NCBI GenBank assembly: GCA_964437495.1
Contig: CAYTGV010000006.1
Span: forward strand, 18,529 to 82,528
Length of the DNA: 64,000 bases
Direction of reading: 5' to 3'
Source of the DNA: an uncultured Planctomycetia bacterium
Lineage (GTDB): Bacteria; Omnitrophota; Gorgyraeia; B26-G9
In this document: piece after piece, positions 9,022 through 18,702 of the stretch
Layout: each line of letters begins with the position of its first letter
How positions within the stretch are numbered: position 1 is the stretch's first letter
Notes under the pieces: generated by a model
Seen by the model: the letters and a program-made list of their open reading frames with translations, nothing else
What the model was told of the DNA's origin: nothing
Database searches by the model: none
Made by a program: the position numbers and the translations under genes

Positions 9022-10182
9022 TTATTTCCCCATTCCTACACGCTGTACCTGCTGGAATATTTTTCCCTCAGTTTTAATTGAAGGCGCAATAATTATTTCT
9101 GTTAAATTCATTTCTTTGATACTCTTAGCTCCTACAGACCCCATAGAAAGCTGCAAAGCGCCTACAAGGTTCTGAGATCCATCATCTAATCTAGCCGGAC
9201 CGAATAATATTTCTTCAAGTGTTCCGGTAGTGCTCACATGTATTCTTGTACCTCTAGGCAAATTAGCATGTGACGTTGCCATGCCCCAATGAAATCCTCT
9301 GCCCGGAGCTTCCTTTGCTCTGGCAAAAGCAGATCCGACCATAACCGCATCCGCACCGCAGGCAAAGGCCTTGCAAATATCACCGCCTGAGCTCATTCCG
9401 CCGTCGGTAATTATCGGCACATATCTGCCTGTTTTCTTAAAATAAAATTCTCTGGCATCAGCAATATCACATGTAGCTGTTACCTGAGGAACTCCGATCC
9501 CCAGAACCCCTCGTGTAGTACAAGCAGCCCCTGGCCCAATACCAACAAGCAATCCGCTGGCACCGGTCTCGAATAATTCAAGCGCTACATCATGCGTAAC
9601 GCAATTTCCGATAAGCACCGGTATTTTCATTTTTTTGCAAAACTTTGTCAGATCAAGCGCCTTGTATTCGGTTGAAATGTGGTGAACAGATGAGACAGTG
9701 GATTGAACAACAAAAATATCTGCTCCCGCGCTTTGCGCCAAAGCACCAAATTTTTCCGCACGCTGAGGAATAGCACTTACAATACATGGAACTTTTTTCT
9801 TTTTTATCTGCTCAATACGAACACCGACAAGTTTTTCCTTGATCGGTTCATGATAAATTCCCTGAACCAGCTTAGTTGCTTCTTCCGGAGTTGCGTTAGC
9901 AATAGCATCAAGCACTTTATTAGGATTTTCATATCGAGTTTGCACACCTTCCAAATTAAGTACAGCAATGCCCCCTAATTTTCCCATTTTAACAGCAAAG
10001 TCCACATCAACAACGCCATCCATAGCAGCAGCTAAAATCGGCACCTTATATTTTTTACCTCCCAGAGTAAAGCTGGTATCAACCTCATTCGGATTTATTG
10101 TAACCAATCCAGGAACTAATGCTACCTCATCAAAACCATAACATCTACGTGCTTTTCTTCCTCTGCCAATAAACTGAGCCAT
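9022..10182 (-). CDS. guaB: GuaB3-family IMP dehydrogenase (no CBS domains)
   Basis: GRGRKARRCYGFDEVALVP, AMDGVVD, VLNLEG, GIGPGAACTTR catalytic Cys loop, HWGMAT, LPRGTR. Confidence 0.88.
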   Translation of the reverse strand: MAQFIGRGRKARRCYGFDEVALVPGLVTINPNEVDTSFTLGGKKYKVPILAAAMDGVVDVDFAVKMGKLGGIAVLNLEGVQTRYENPNKVLDAIANATPEEATKLVQGIYHEPIKEKLVGVRIEQIKKKKVPCIVSAIPQRAEKFGALAQSAGADIFVVQSTVSSVHHISTEYKALDLTKFCKKMKIPVLIGNCVTHDVALELFETGASGLLVGIGPGAACTTRGVLGIGVPQVTATCDIADAREFYFKKTGRYVPIITDGGMSSGGDICKAFACGADAVMVGSAFARAKEAPGRGFHWGMATSHANLPRGTRIHVSTTGTLEEILFGPARLDDGSQNLVGALQLSMGSVGAKSIKEMNLTEIIIAPSIKTEGKIFQQVQRVGMGK

Positions 10183-10267
10183 TGCTAAAGAACCTCCTTT
10201 TTTTTATTGATATTTACATGAAAAAAATTCCCATAACATATACTTAATAATTGAGTAGTGAAAAAAT

Positions 10268-10296
10268 AATATAACATAAAATTAATTCTCTGTCAA
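10268..10296 (-). promoter_or_regulatory. Sigma70-type promoter for guaB
   Basis: TTGACA-17 nt-TATATT on the minus strand with extended TG. Confidence 0.7.
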
Positions 10297-10421
10297 TTAA
10301 TAAAAACTGGTATTTCACTCGGAAAAAACAGCAATCATTTTACCTTTTTTTTTATGCTTTACAAATATAATAATTACCAGCGCTAAAAATATTCCCTAAC
10401 CCTGCAAATAAATGACTATAT

Positions 10422-10462
10422 AAAAAAAGACCCGCAGGAAATTAAACTCCTGCGGGTCTTTT
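10422..10462 (-). terminator. Intrinsic terminator after groEL
   Basis: AAAAGACCCGCAGGA / TCCTGCGGGTCTTTT 15-bp stem with a U-tract on the minus strand, about 20 nt after the stop codon. Confidence 0.92.
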
Positions 10463-10481
10463 AAAAGCGATTCAAACGGTA

Positions 10482-12435
<1,954 letters not shown>

Positions 12436-12469
12436 ACAAACACCTCCTTTTTCCCTTTTTATTCAATTA

Positions 12470-12496
12470 TCAGCACTCTACCTAGATGAGTGCTAA
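12470..12496 (-). promoter_or_regulatory. CIRCE operator (HrcA binding site)
   Basis: Minus strand TTAGCACTC-N9-GAGTGCTGA, one mismatch to the CIRCE consensus, 35 nt upstream of groES. Confidence 0.93.
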
Positions 12497-12511
12497 TTTC
12501 TATGAAAGTTC

Positions 12512-12540
12512 AAGATAACATATTCAATATTGAAAATCAA
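12512..12540 (-). promoter_or_regulatory. Sigma70-type promoter for groESL
   Basis: TTGATT-17 nt-TATCTT with extended TG, immediately upstream of CIRCE. Confidence 0.6.
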
Positions 12541-12603
12541 GCTTTAAATTTAAATTATTTTAAGAAAATAAAGGCAAATATTCGATGTTTATGGGGTATT
12601 AGG

Positions 12604-13383
12604 CTACTTTGCTTTATTTTTTGATGATTTGTAAGCTATTTCGATTCCTTTTAATGTCAAATTTGGCTGATAATGGTCAATACTCTTACAAAGCGGTTCC
12701 ATGATTTTCAGATTTCCACCGGTCGCGACCACCACAGGCGCCTTTTTTAAATCTGCCTTAAGCTTACCTATTAATCCATCTACAAGAAAAGAATAGCCAT
12801 AGAAAATCCCGCTTAAAATAGAATTTTTCGTATCCTTACCTAACACTGCCTTTGGTTTTTTAGGATTTAAAAGCGGAAGTAAAGCAGTATTTGCATATAA
12901 TGCGTTTAAAGAAAGATTGATACCCGGAACAATAACTCCTCCCAAATAATCTCCCTTGGCTGAGATAACATCGATTGTAATCGCTGTGCCAAAGTCCACA
13001 ACCATTGCCGGCATGCTATAGCAGCTTTTCGCACCAACCGCATTTACCAGGCGGTCATTACCAACCTGCTCAGGACATTTATATTTATTTTTTATAGGAA
13101 TCACAATATCCTTGCCAATTATCAACACTTTGCTATTTGGCAGCATATACCTGTAATTTTTTTTTATAATACAATTAAGTCGCGGCACAACAGAGCAAAT
13201 AATCACTGCACTTATTGTATTCTTATTTATCTTGGCTTTTTTAATATTTTCGAACTGGTTTTTTTTAAAACTTCTTGATTTAGCTATAATATTTGTCGGG
13301 CTATGCCAGGTATAATACTTATCATTGCCCTTACTTATTCCAAAGGTTGTACTGCTATTACCGATATCTACTAAAAGCAACAT
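12604..13383 (-). CDS. coaX: Type III pantothenate kinase
   Basis: LVDIGNS, SVVP, QVGNDR, VDFGTAIT, YLGGVIVPG, ATGG, LTLKGI. Start at MLLLVD with a GAGGTG RBS. Confidence 0.95.
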   Translation of the reverse strand: MLLLVDIGNSSTTFGISKGNDKYYTWHSPTNIIAKSRSFKKNQFENIKKAKINKNTISAVIICSVVPRLNCIIKKNYRYMLPNSKVLIIGKDIVIPIKNKYKCPEQVGNDRLVNAVGAKSCYSMPAMVVDFGTAITIDVISAKGDYLGGVIVPGINLSLNALYANTALLPLLNPKKPKAVLGKDTKNSILSGIFYGYSFLVDGLIGKLKADLKKAPVVVATGGNLKIMEPLCKSIDHYQPNLTLKGIEIAYKSSKNKAK

Positions 13384-13431
13384 TTCCCACCTCAATCTTT
13401 TAATGCTCTTATTTTTAGTATTCTGATTACT

Positions 13432-13583
13432 TTAAAAAATTGTACTAAATATTGCGAATCTATTTTTCACACATAGGCTATTTTTATTAATTTTATCCCG
13501 GGATGGTCATGACCATCTTCTACAGATTCTAACCGCTGACGTTTTTATGCTTTTTTTTACTTTTACCTTTTACTTTTTACTTG
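13432..13583. repeat. Intergenic repeat module A, copy 1 (copy 2 at 42990-43141)
   Basis: About 150 bp colinear near-identical direct repeat. Includes the palindrome GATGGTCATGACCATC, then AGATTCTAACCGCTGACGTTTTTATGC, then a TTTTAC array. Confidence 0.92.
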
Positions 13584-13586
13584 AAT

Positions 13587-13630
13587 CCTCGTCCCTCGTC
13601 CTAGCGAAGCGATCATCCATCATCCTTCGC
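13587..13630. repeat. TCGTCCN heptamer array with a GCGAAGC mini-hairpin core
   Basis: TCGTCCC TCGTCCT A-GCGAAGC-GA TCATCCA TCATCCT. Related arrays at 26636-26696, 26908-26956 and 48341-48401. Confidence 0.8.
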
Positions 13631-13644
13631 AGCTTTACTATTAG

Positions 13645-13697
13645 CCGTTACCGTAGCCTTTTTAGACGATACGGGCATCGCAACCGCTAACCTTTTT
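13645..13697. repeat. Intergenic repeat module B, copy 1 (copy 2 at 31486-31538)
   Basis: CCGTTACCGTAGCCTTTTT(A/C)GACGATACGGGCATCGCAACCGCT(A/T)ACCTTTTT, 51/53 identical. Confidence 0.93.
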
Positions 13698-13726
13698 ACG
13701 CTTTTTATTTTACTATCGACTATGGA

Positions 13727-13774
13727 CCATCAGCCATCGACTATTAGCCATTAGCTTATTCTCTTTTAACTTTT
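13727..13774. repeat. Intergenic repeat module C, copy 1 (identical copy at 43539-43586; partial copies ~31436-31464 and ~31559-31590)
   Basis: CCATCAGCCATCGACTATTAGCCATTAGCTTATTCTCTTTTAACTTTT, 48/48 identical to the 43539 copy, with 7-nt periodicity. Confidence 0.93.
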
Positions 13775-13787
13775 AACTTATTTCTGG

Positions 13788-14747
13788 CTACTTAATTATC
13801 CTGACATCACCGCTAAGTATATGATGTAAAAAACCAAAATCATCCCTCACAATTAAAGCCCCTGAGCTGTCAATATCCATAGCCTGACCTTCTATAATCG
13901 ATGATCTCCATTTTACTTTTATCCGCCGTCCTAATGTTACGGAAAGATCTCTCCAATCTGTGATTATTTCTTCAAACTTCAGGTTTTTTAATTTTATATA
14001 ATATAGCTCAAGTTCACAAAGTAATTTTTTTAAAAATTCTATCCTGTTTATTTTCTTATTTAGTATATGTTTCAACGATGTCGAGCCTTTGGGCAGCTTT
14101 AAAGGATCAGTATTAACATTAACCCCAATCCCCAGAATTATAAAATTTATTCCGTCTTGTTCGGCGTTCATCTCAGTTAAAATACCGCAAATTTTATCTT
14201 GATTAACATATACATCATTAGGCCATTTGATAACCGCTTCAATCCCATAATTATCTCTTAACACTTTTGCTGTACAGATAGAGGCCATTAGCGTAATCTT
14301 GCCGGCTTCTGTCGGAGTTATCCGGGGCCTTAGGATCAAGGAAAAATATAGACCACCTTTTGCCGGTGAGGCCCATGTCCTGCCCATTCTCCCTCGTCCA
14401 TTGGTCTGTTTTTCACTTAAAACTAATGTCCCTTCAGGCATTGACTGCTCAGCAAGCATATAAGCAACATCATTAGTAGACGTTGTTGTGACATAAGAAA
14501 AAATTCGCTTACCCATAATTTTTGCCTTAAGCCGATAGCTTATCTCCTCCGGAAGCAGCCTATCCGGTACTCCGTTTAAACGATAGCCGTAATGCGGCTG
14601 CGCAATTATCTCATATCCGTTTTCCTTTAAGTTCTGAATATGCTTCCAAATCGCAGTGCGCGACACCTTAAGATTGCGTGATATTTCTTCTCCGGAAATA
14701 AAGTTCTCTTTATTTTCCTTTAGAAACTCTAATATCTTTTTTTCCAC
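13788..14747 (-). CDS. birA: Bifunctional biotin ligase/repressor BirA
   Basis: N-terminal HTH (ISGEEIS..L.VSRTAIWKHI), STN, QTNGRGRMGRTW, KWPND, KICGIL. Confidence 0.96.
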   Translation of the reverse strand: MEKKILEFLKENKENFISGEEISRNLKVSRTAIWKHIQNLKENGYEIIAQPHYGYRLNGVPDRLLPEEISYRLKAKIMGKRIFSYVTTTSTNDVAYMLAEQSMPEGTLVLSEKQTNGRGRMGRTWASPAKGGLYFSLILRPRITPTEAGKITLMASICTAKVLRDNYGIEAVIKWPNDVYVNQDKICGILTEMNAEQDGINFIILGIGVNVNTDPLKLPKGSTSLKHILNKKINRIEFLKKLLCELELYYIKLKNLKFEEIITDWRDLSVTLGRRIKVKWRSSIIEGQAMDIDSSGALIVRDDFGFLHHILSGDVRIIK

Positions 14748-16716
14748 TTTTTCCTTTTTGCTTTAATGTAAGTATTTTATCTCTTAAAGTAATCGCTCTT
14801 TCAAATTGGAGATTCTTGGCTGCTTTAGCCATTTCTTTTTCCAGTTCATCAATTAAATAGTAGCGCTCATAGGTTTTTAAATCCTTCGCTACCACATCGC
14901 AAACAATTTTCTCTGCTTCAGCCTCAACTTCTATCCAGTCTCGAATAGCCTTTTTTATTGATCTTGGTGTAATATTATTTTCTTTATTGTATTTTAACTG
15001 TTTTTCTCTTCTACTCCTGGTAACTTCAATGGTCTTTGCCAATGATTTAGTCATTGTGTCAGCATACATGACAACCTTTCCATTTACATTACGCGCTGCC
15101 CTGCCAGCTACCTGTATCAAGGATGTAGCGGAACGCAAAAAGCCCTCCTTATCGGCATCCATCACACATACAAGCGCTACTTCAGGAAGATCAAGCCCCT
15201 CTCTGAGCAGATTCACCCCCACTAGACAATCAAAATTTTTCTTTCTCAATTCGCTTATTACCTTTATCCTGTCCAGTGCATTCAACTCAGAGTGTATATA
15301 GCTCGTAGCAATTCCCGCGTCTTTTAGATACTGCGCCAGATCTTCAGCCATGCGTTTTGTCAGTGTAGTCACCAGCACTCTTTCGTTTTTATTTGCGCTT
15401 TCCTTTATACGTTTAATTAGATCATCAACCTGGTTCAAGGAACTTACTACAATAACCTCTGGATCGATCAGTCCGGTAGGCCTGATTATCTGCTCAACTA
15501 CCGCTCCTTTACTTTTTTCCAACTCATAAACAGAGGGTGTAGCTGAGGCGAAAAGAACCTGATCAAGAACTGATTCAAATTCATCAAACTTTAAAGGCCG
15601 GTTATCAAGACAGGACGGCAGCCTGAACCCATAATCAGTCAAGACCTGCTTTCTGGCCTTATCTCCATTATACATTCCCCGCACCTGCGGTATAGTAACA
15701 TGCGATTCATCAATAATCGTGAGAAAATCTCTGCCAAAATAATCAATCAGGCAATCAGGGCGGCTTCCCTGAGTGCGGCCGCTTAAATGGCGTGAATAGT
15801 TTTCTACCCCATGACAAAAACCGGTTTCACGCAGCATTTCCAGATCATATTTTGTGCGGGATTCAAGCCTCTGCGCCTCAAGCAGCTTTCCCAGTGAATT
15901 CAGCTCAGCTAGCCTGTGATTCAATTCTAAAATTATAGAGTTTAATCCGGACTCAAGCCGCTCATCATCAACTAAAAAATGTTTAGCCGGGTATAAAGCG
16001 ATCTCACTCTCCTGCGTAATCCTATTTAAACTGACCGGATCAATAATCGTAATTCTCTCTATGGTATCACCAAAGAATTCTATGCGCACAGCTCTTTGTT
16101 CATAAGCCGGAAAAATCTCCACTGTATCTCCCCGTACCCTGAAGATCCCCTGCAAAAATTCAATATCATTGCGCTCATAACGAATCTTTATAAGTTTTCT
16201 TAAAAGCTCATCCCGATCCATACCCTGTCCTACCTTTAAATGAATATACATTGCTTTGTATTGGCGGGGTGAGCCTAAATTATAAATACACGATACACTG
16301 CTTACGACAATCACATCTCTGCGGCTCATCAGAGATGTAGTGGCCCCAAGCCGAAGTCGGTTGATGCGTTCATTGATGGAAGCGTCTTTTTCAATATAAG
16401 TATCGGTTTGAGGAATATATGCTTCCGGCTGATAATAATCATAATAACTCACGAAATATTCAACAGCATTTTCTGGAAAAAAATCTTTGAATTCCGCATA
16501 GAGCTGAGCAGCAAGCGTTTTATTGTGGGAAATCACAAGCGTTGGTTTGTTAAGGGCAGCGATAACACTGGCCATAGTAAAAGTTTTTCCGCTGCCGGTC
16601 ACACCAAGTAAGGTCTGGTTAGGATTGCCGCTTTTAATTAGTTGCCTCAGCTTAGCAATCGCCTGTGTCTGATCACCGCATGCCTTAAACGGGCTGATGA
16701 GCTTAAAGGGTTTCAT
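14710..16716 (-). CDS. uvrB: Excinuclease ABC subunit B
   Basis: GVTGSGKT, HNKTLAAQL, YYDYYQPEAY, DESH, NLLREGLD, DADKEGFLRS, C-terminal UVR domain. Confidence 0.98.
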   Translation of the reverse strand: MKPFKLISPFKACGDQTQAIAKLRQLIKSGNPNQTLLGVTGSGKTFTMASVIAALNKPTLVISHNKTLAAQLYAEFKDFFPENAVEYFVSYYDYYQPEAYIPQTDTYIEKDASINERINRLRLGATTSLMSRRDVIVVSSVSCIYNLGSPRQYKAMYIHLKVGQGMDRDELLRKLIKIRYERNDIEFLQGIFRVRGDTVEIFPAYEQRAVRIEFFGDTIERITIIDPVSLNRITQESEIALYPAKHFLVDDERLESGLNSIILELNHRLAELNSLGKLLEAQRLESRTKYDLEMLRETGFCHGVENYSRHLSGRTQGSRPDCLIDYFGRDFLTIIDESHVTIPQVRGMYNGDKARKQVLTDYGFRLPSCLDNRPLKFDEFESVLDQVLFASATPSVYELEKSKGAVVEQIIRPTGLIDPEVIVVSSLNQVDDLIKRIKESANKNERVLVTTLTKRMAEDLAQYLKDAGIATSYIHSELNALDRIKVISELRKKNFDCLVGVNLLREGLDLPEVALVCVMDADKEGFLRSATSLIQVAGRAARNVNGKVVMYADTMTKSLAKTIEVTRSRREKQLKYNKENNITPRSIKKAIRDWIEVEAEAEKIVCDVVAKDLKTYERYYLIDELEKEMAKAAKNLQFERAITLRDKILTLKQKGKSGKKDIRVSKGK

Positions 16717-16719
16717 TAC

Positions 16720-17793
16720 TTAACGCGATTCTTTACCAGACTTCATGAGCAATGCTTTAAAATGCGATATATCCTTAACCCGGCTAAGAGCAGTTTCATA
16801 GCTTATAACGCCCTTAGAATACAGTTCTTTTAATGATGTATCCATAAGTTGCATGCCCATATCCAGACTAGTCTGCATGACAGTGGGGATCTGCTCTGTT
16901 TTTGCCTCACGAATAATATTACGCATAGCCGGAGATGCAACAAGTATTTCAGCTGCCAGAACTCTGCCTTTACCGTCAATACGCGGCAGCAGCTGCTGAG
17001 AAACAATACCTTCAAGCGCATTGGCAAGCACCATTCTTATCTGCTGCTGTGAATGAGGCGGGAACACATCAATAATTCTGTCAATTGTCTGCGATGCATC
17101 AGGCGTATGCAGAGTTGCCAAAACTAAATGCCCTGTCTCTGCTGCTGTCAAAGCTGTTGAAATCGTTTCAAGATCTCTCATCTCTCCTACACAAATTACA
17201 TCAGGATCCTGCCTTAAAGTATGCACTAGGGCATTAGCAAAAGACTTAGTGTCTGAATAAACCTCTCTTTGAATTATAACGCTTTTTTTATGTTCATGAA
17301 TGTATTCTATGGGGTCTTCAATAATAATAACCCGGTCAGAGCGCTCCCGGTTAATAATGTCGATCATCGCGTTCATAGTGGTTGTCTTACCAACTCCGGT
17401 AGGTCCAGTTACAAGAACCATACCGGAGCGTTTTCGGCAAAACTCAGGGATAATAGTGGGAAGTCCCAGTTCCTCGGTTGATTTAATCCTCAAGCCAACA
17501 ATACGAAAAGCCCCCTCAATATTATCCTTGGAAATATACATATTAACCCTAAATCTGCTGATACCCGGCATGGCTATGGAAAAATCAAGCTCCCAATCCC
17601 TTTCAAACTTAGCGGCTTGAACTTTATTTAAAATACTATAGAGCATTTCCTTTGTCTGCTCTTTAGTCAAAGCATCCATTTCCATAGGAAGAAGTTCTCC
17701 GTCAATCCGTAAAGTCGGAGGCGAACCGCAAACAATATGCAAATCTGAAGCATTGCTTTCAACAGCAATTTCTAATAGTTTTCTGATATCCAT
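16720..17793 (-). CDS. pilT: Type IV pilus retraction ATPase PilT
   Basis: ASDLH, RFRVN, GPTGVGKTTT, IEDPIE, LRQDPD..VGEMRD, AETGHLV..TLHT, AIRNLIRE-like AMRNIIRE. Start at MDIRKLL. Confidence 0.93.
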   Translation of the reverse strand: MDIRKLLEIAVESNASDLHIVCGSPPTLRIDGELLPMEMDALTKEQTKEMLYSILNKVQAAKFERDWELDFSIAMPGISRFRVNMYISKDNIEGAFRIVGLRIKSTEELGLPTIIPEFCRKRSGMVLVTGPTGVGKTTTMNAMIDIINRERSDRVIIIEDPIEYIHEHKKSVIIQREVYSDTKSFANALVHTLRQDPDVICVGEMRDLETISTALTAAETGHLVLATLHTPDASQTIDRIIDVFPPHSQQQIRMVLANALEGIVSQQLLPRIDGKGRVLAAEILVASPAMRNIIREAKTEQIPTVMQTSLDMGMQLMDTSLKELYSKGVISYETALSRVKDISHFKALLMKSGKESR

Positions 17794-17817
17794 TTTAATC
17801 TCCTTATATATTAACAA

Positions 17818-18702
17818 CTATAACACATTAAGACTGAAATCTACGCATTCCGCAGAATGGGTTAAAACGCCCATAGAAATAAAGTCTACTCCGCAAGCGG
17901 CCACTAATCTGATGTTTTCTCCCGTAATATTCCCGGAAGCTTCAAGCTTGATGTGCTTATTAATCTTATTTCTAAGCTCTACGGCTTTTTTCATTGCAAC
18001 CAAATTCATATTATCAAGCATGATAATATCAGGGACACCCATCAAAGCATCCTTAAATTCAGAAATATTTTTTACCTCTATCTCAATAATTATTTTTTTC
18101 GGCACTTTTTTCCTAGTCTGCTTTATAATATCACACAAGCTGTATCCAGAGAAAGTTTTTTTAAGAATCTTTAAGTGATTATCCTTTATTAATACCTGGT
18201 CAAACAATCCTGTTCGATGATTACTGCCTCCGCCTACCTTAACCGCGTATTTCTCAAGAACACGTAATCCGGGAGTGGTTTTTCTTGTATCTAGGATTAT
18301 CGCCTTGGATTTTCTGATCTTATCGCTAATAATTCTGGTCTTGGTCGCAATCCCAGAGAGCCTGCCGAGAAAATTCAAGGCTGTTCTCTCTGTATTTAAA
18401 ATGCTAGCTGCTGCCCCCTTTATGGTACAAATCTCTGATTTGCCTTTTAACCTATCGCCCTCTTTGACATGAGCGATTACCTTTGTCCTTTTGTCAACTT
18501 GGGCAAAGGCCTCTTTTAGCACATCCAGGCCGCAAACAACCACATCAGGTTCTTTAGATATTATAAGGGCTTTAATATTTACTGTTTTATTCAGTCCATA
18601 TTCACAGGTAATATCACCATTACCAATATCCTCAGCAAGCGCATTACTTACTATTATTGAAATATCTGATATAACATGTTTTTTCTCATTTTTTAAACGC
18701 AA
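17818..18702 (-). CDS. nadC: Nicotinate-nucleotide pyrophosphorylase (QAPRTase)
   Basis: ALAED..GDIT, ERTALN, DTRKTTPGLR..EKYAV..GGG.NHR, IKDNH, IMLDN, EASG. Confidence 0.97.
   Translation of the reverse strand: MRLKNEKKHVISDISIIVSNALAEDIGNGDITCEYGLNKTVNIKALIISKEPDVVVCGLDVLKEAFAQVDKRTKVIAHVKEGDRLKGKSEICTIKGAAASILNTERTALNFLGRLSGIATKTRIISDKIRKSKAIILDTRKTTPGLRVLEKYAVKVGGGSNHRTGLFDQVLIKDNHLKILKKTFSGYSLCDIIKQTRKKVPKKIIIEIEVKNISEFKDALMGVPDIIMLDNMNLVAMKKAVELRNKINKHIKLEASGNITGENIRLVAACGVDFISMGVLTHSAECVDFSLNVL

Noticed and set aside
10269-10296. dif-like site (ATATAACATAA resembles the XerD arm)
   Set aside because: The XerC arm is poor, the sequence is explained by the guaB promoter, and there is no switch in gene orientation around it.
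13432-13790. CRISPR array
   Set aside because: No constant 23-50 bp repeat with regular unique spacers, and no cas genes. The repeats are short tandem or dispersed modules.
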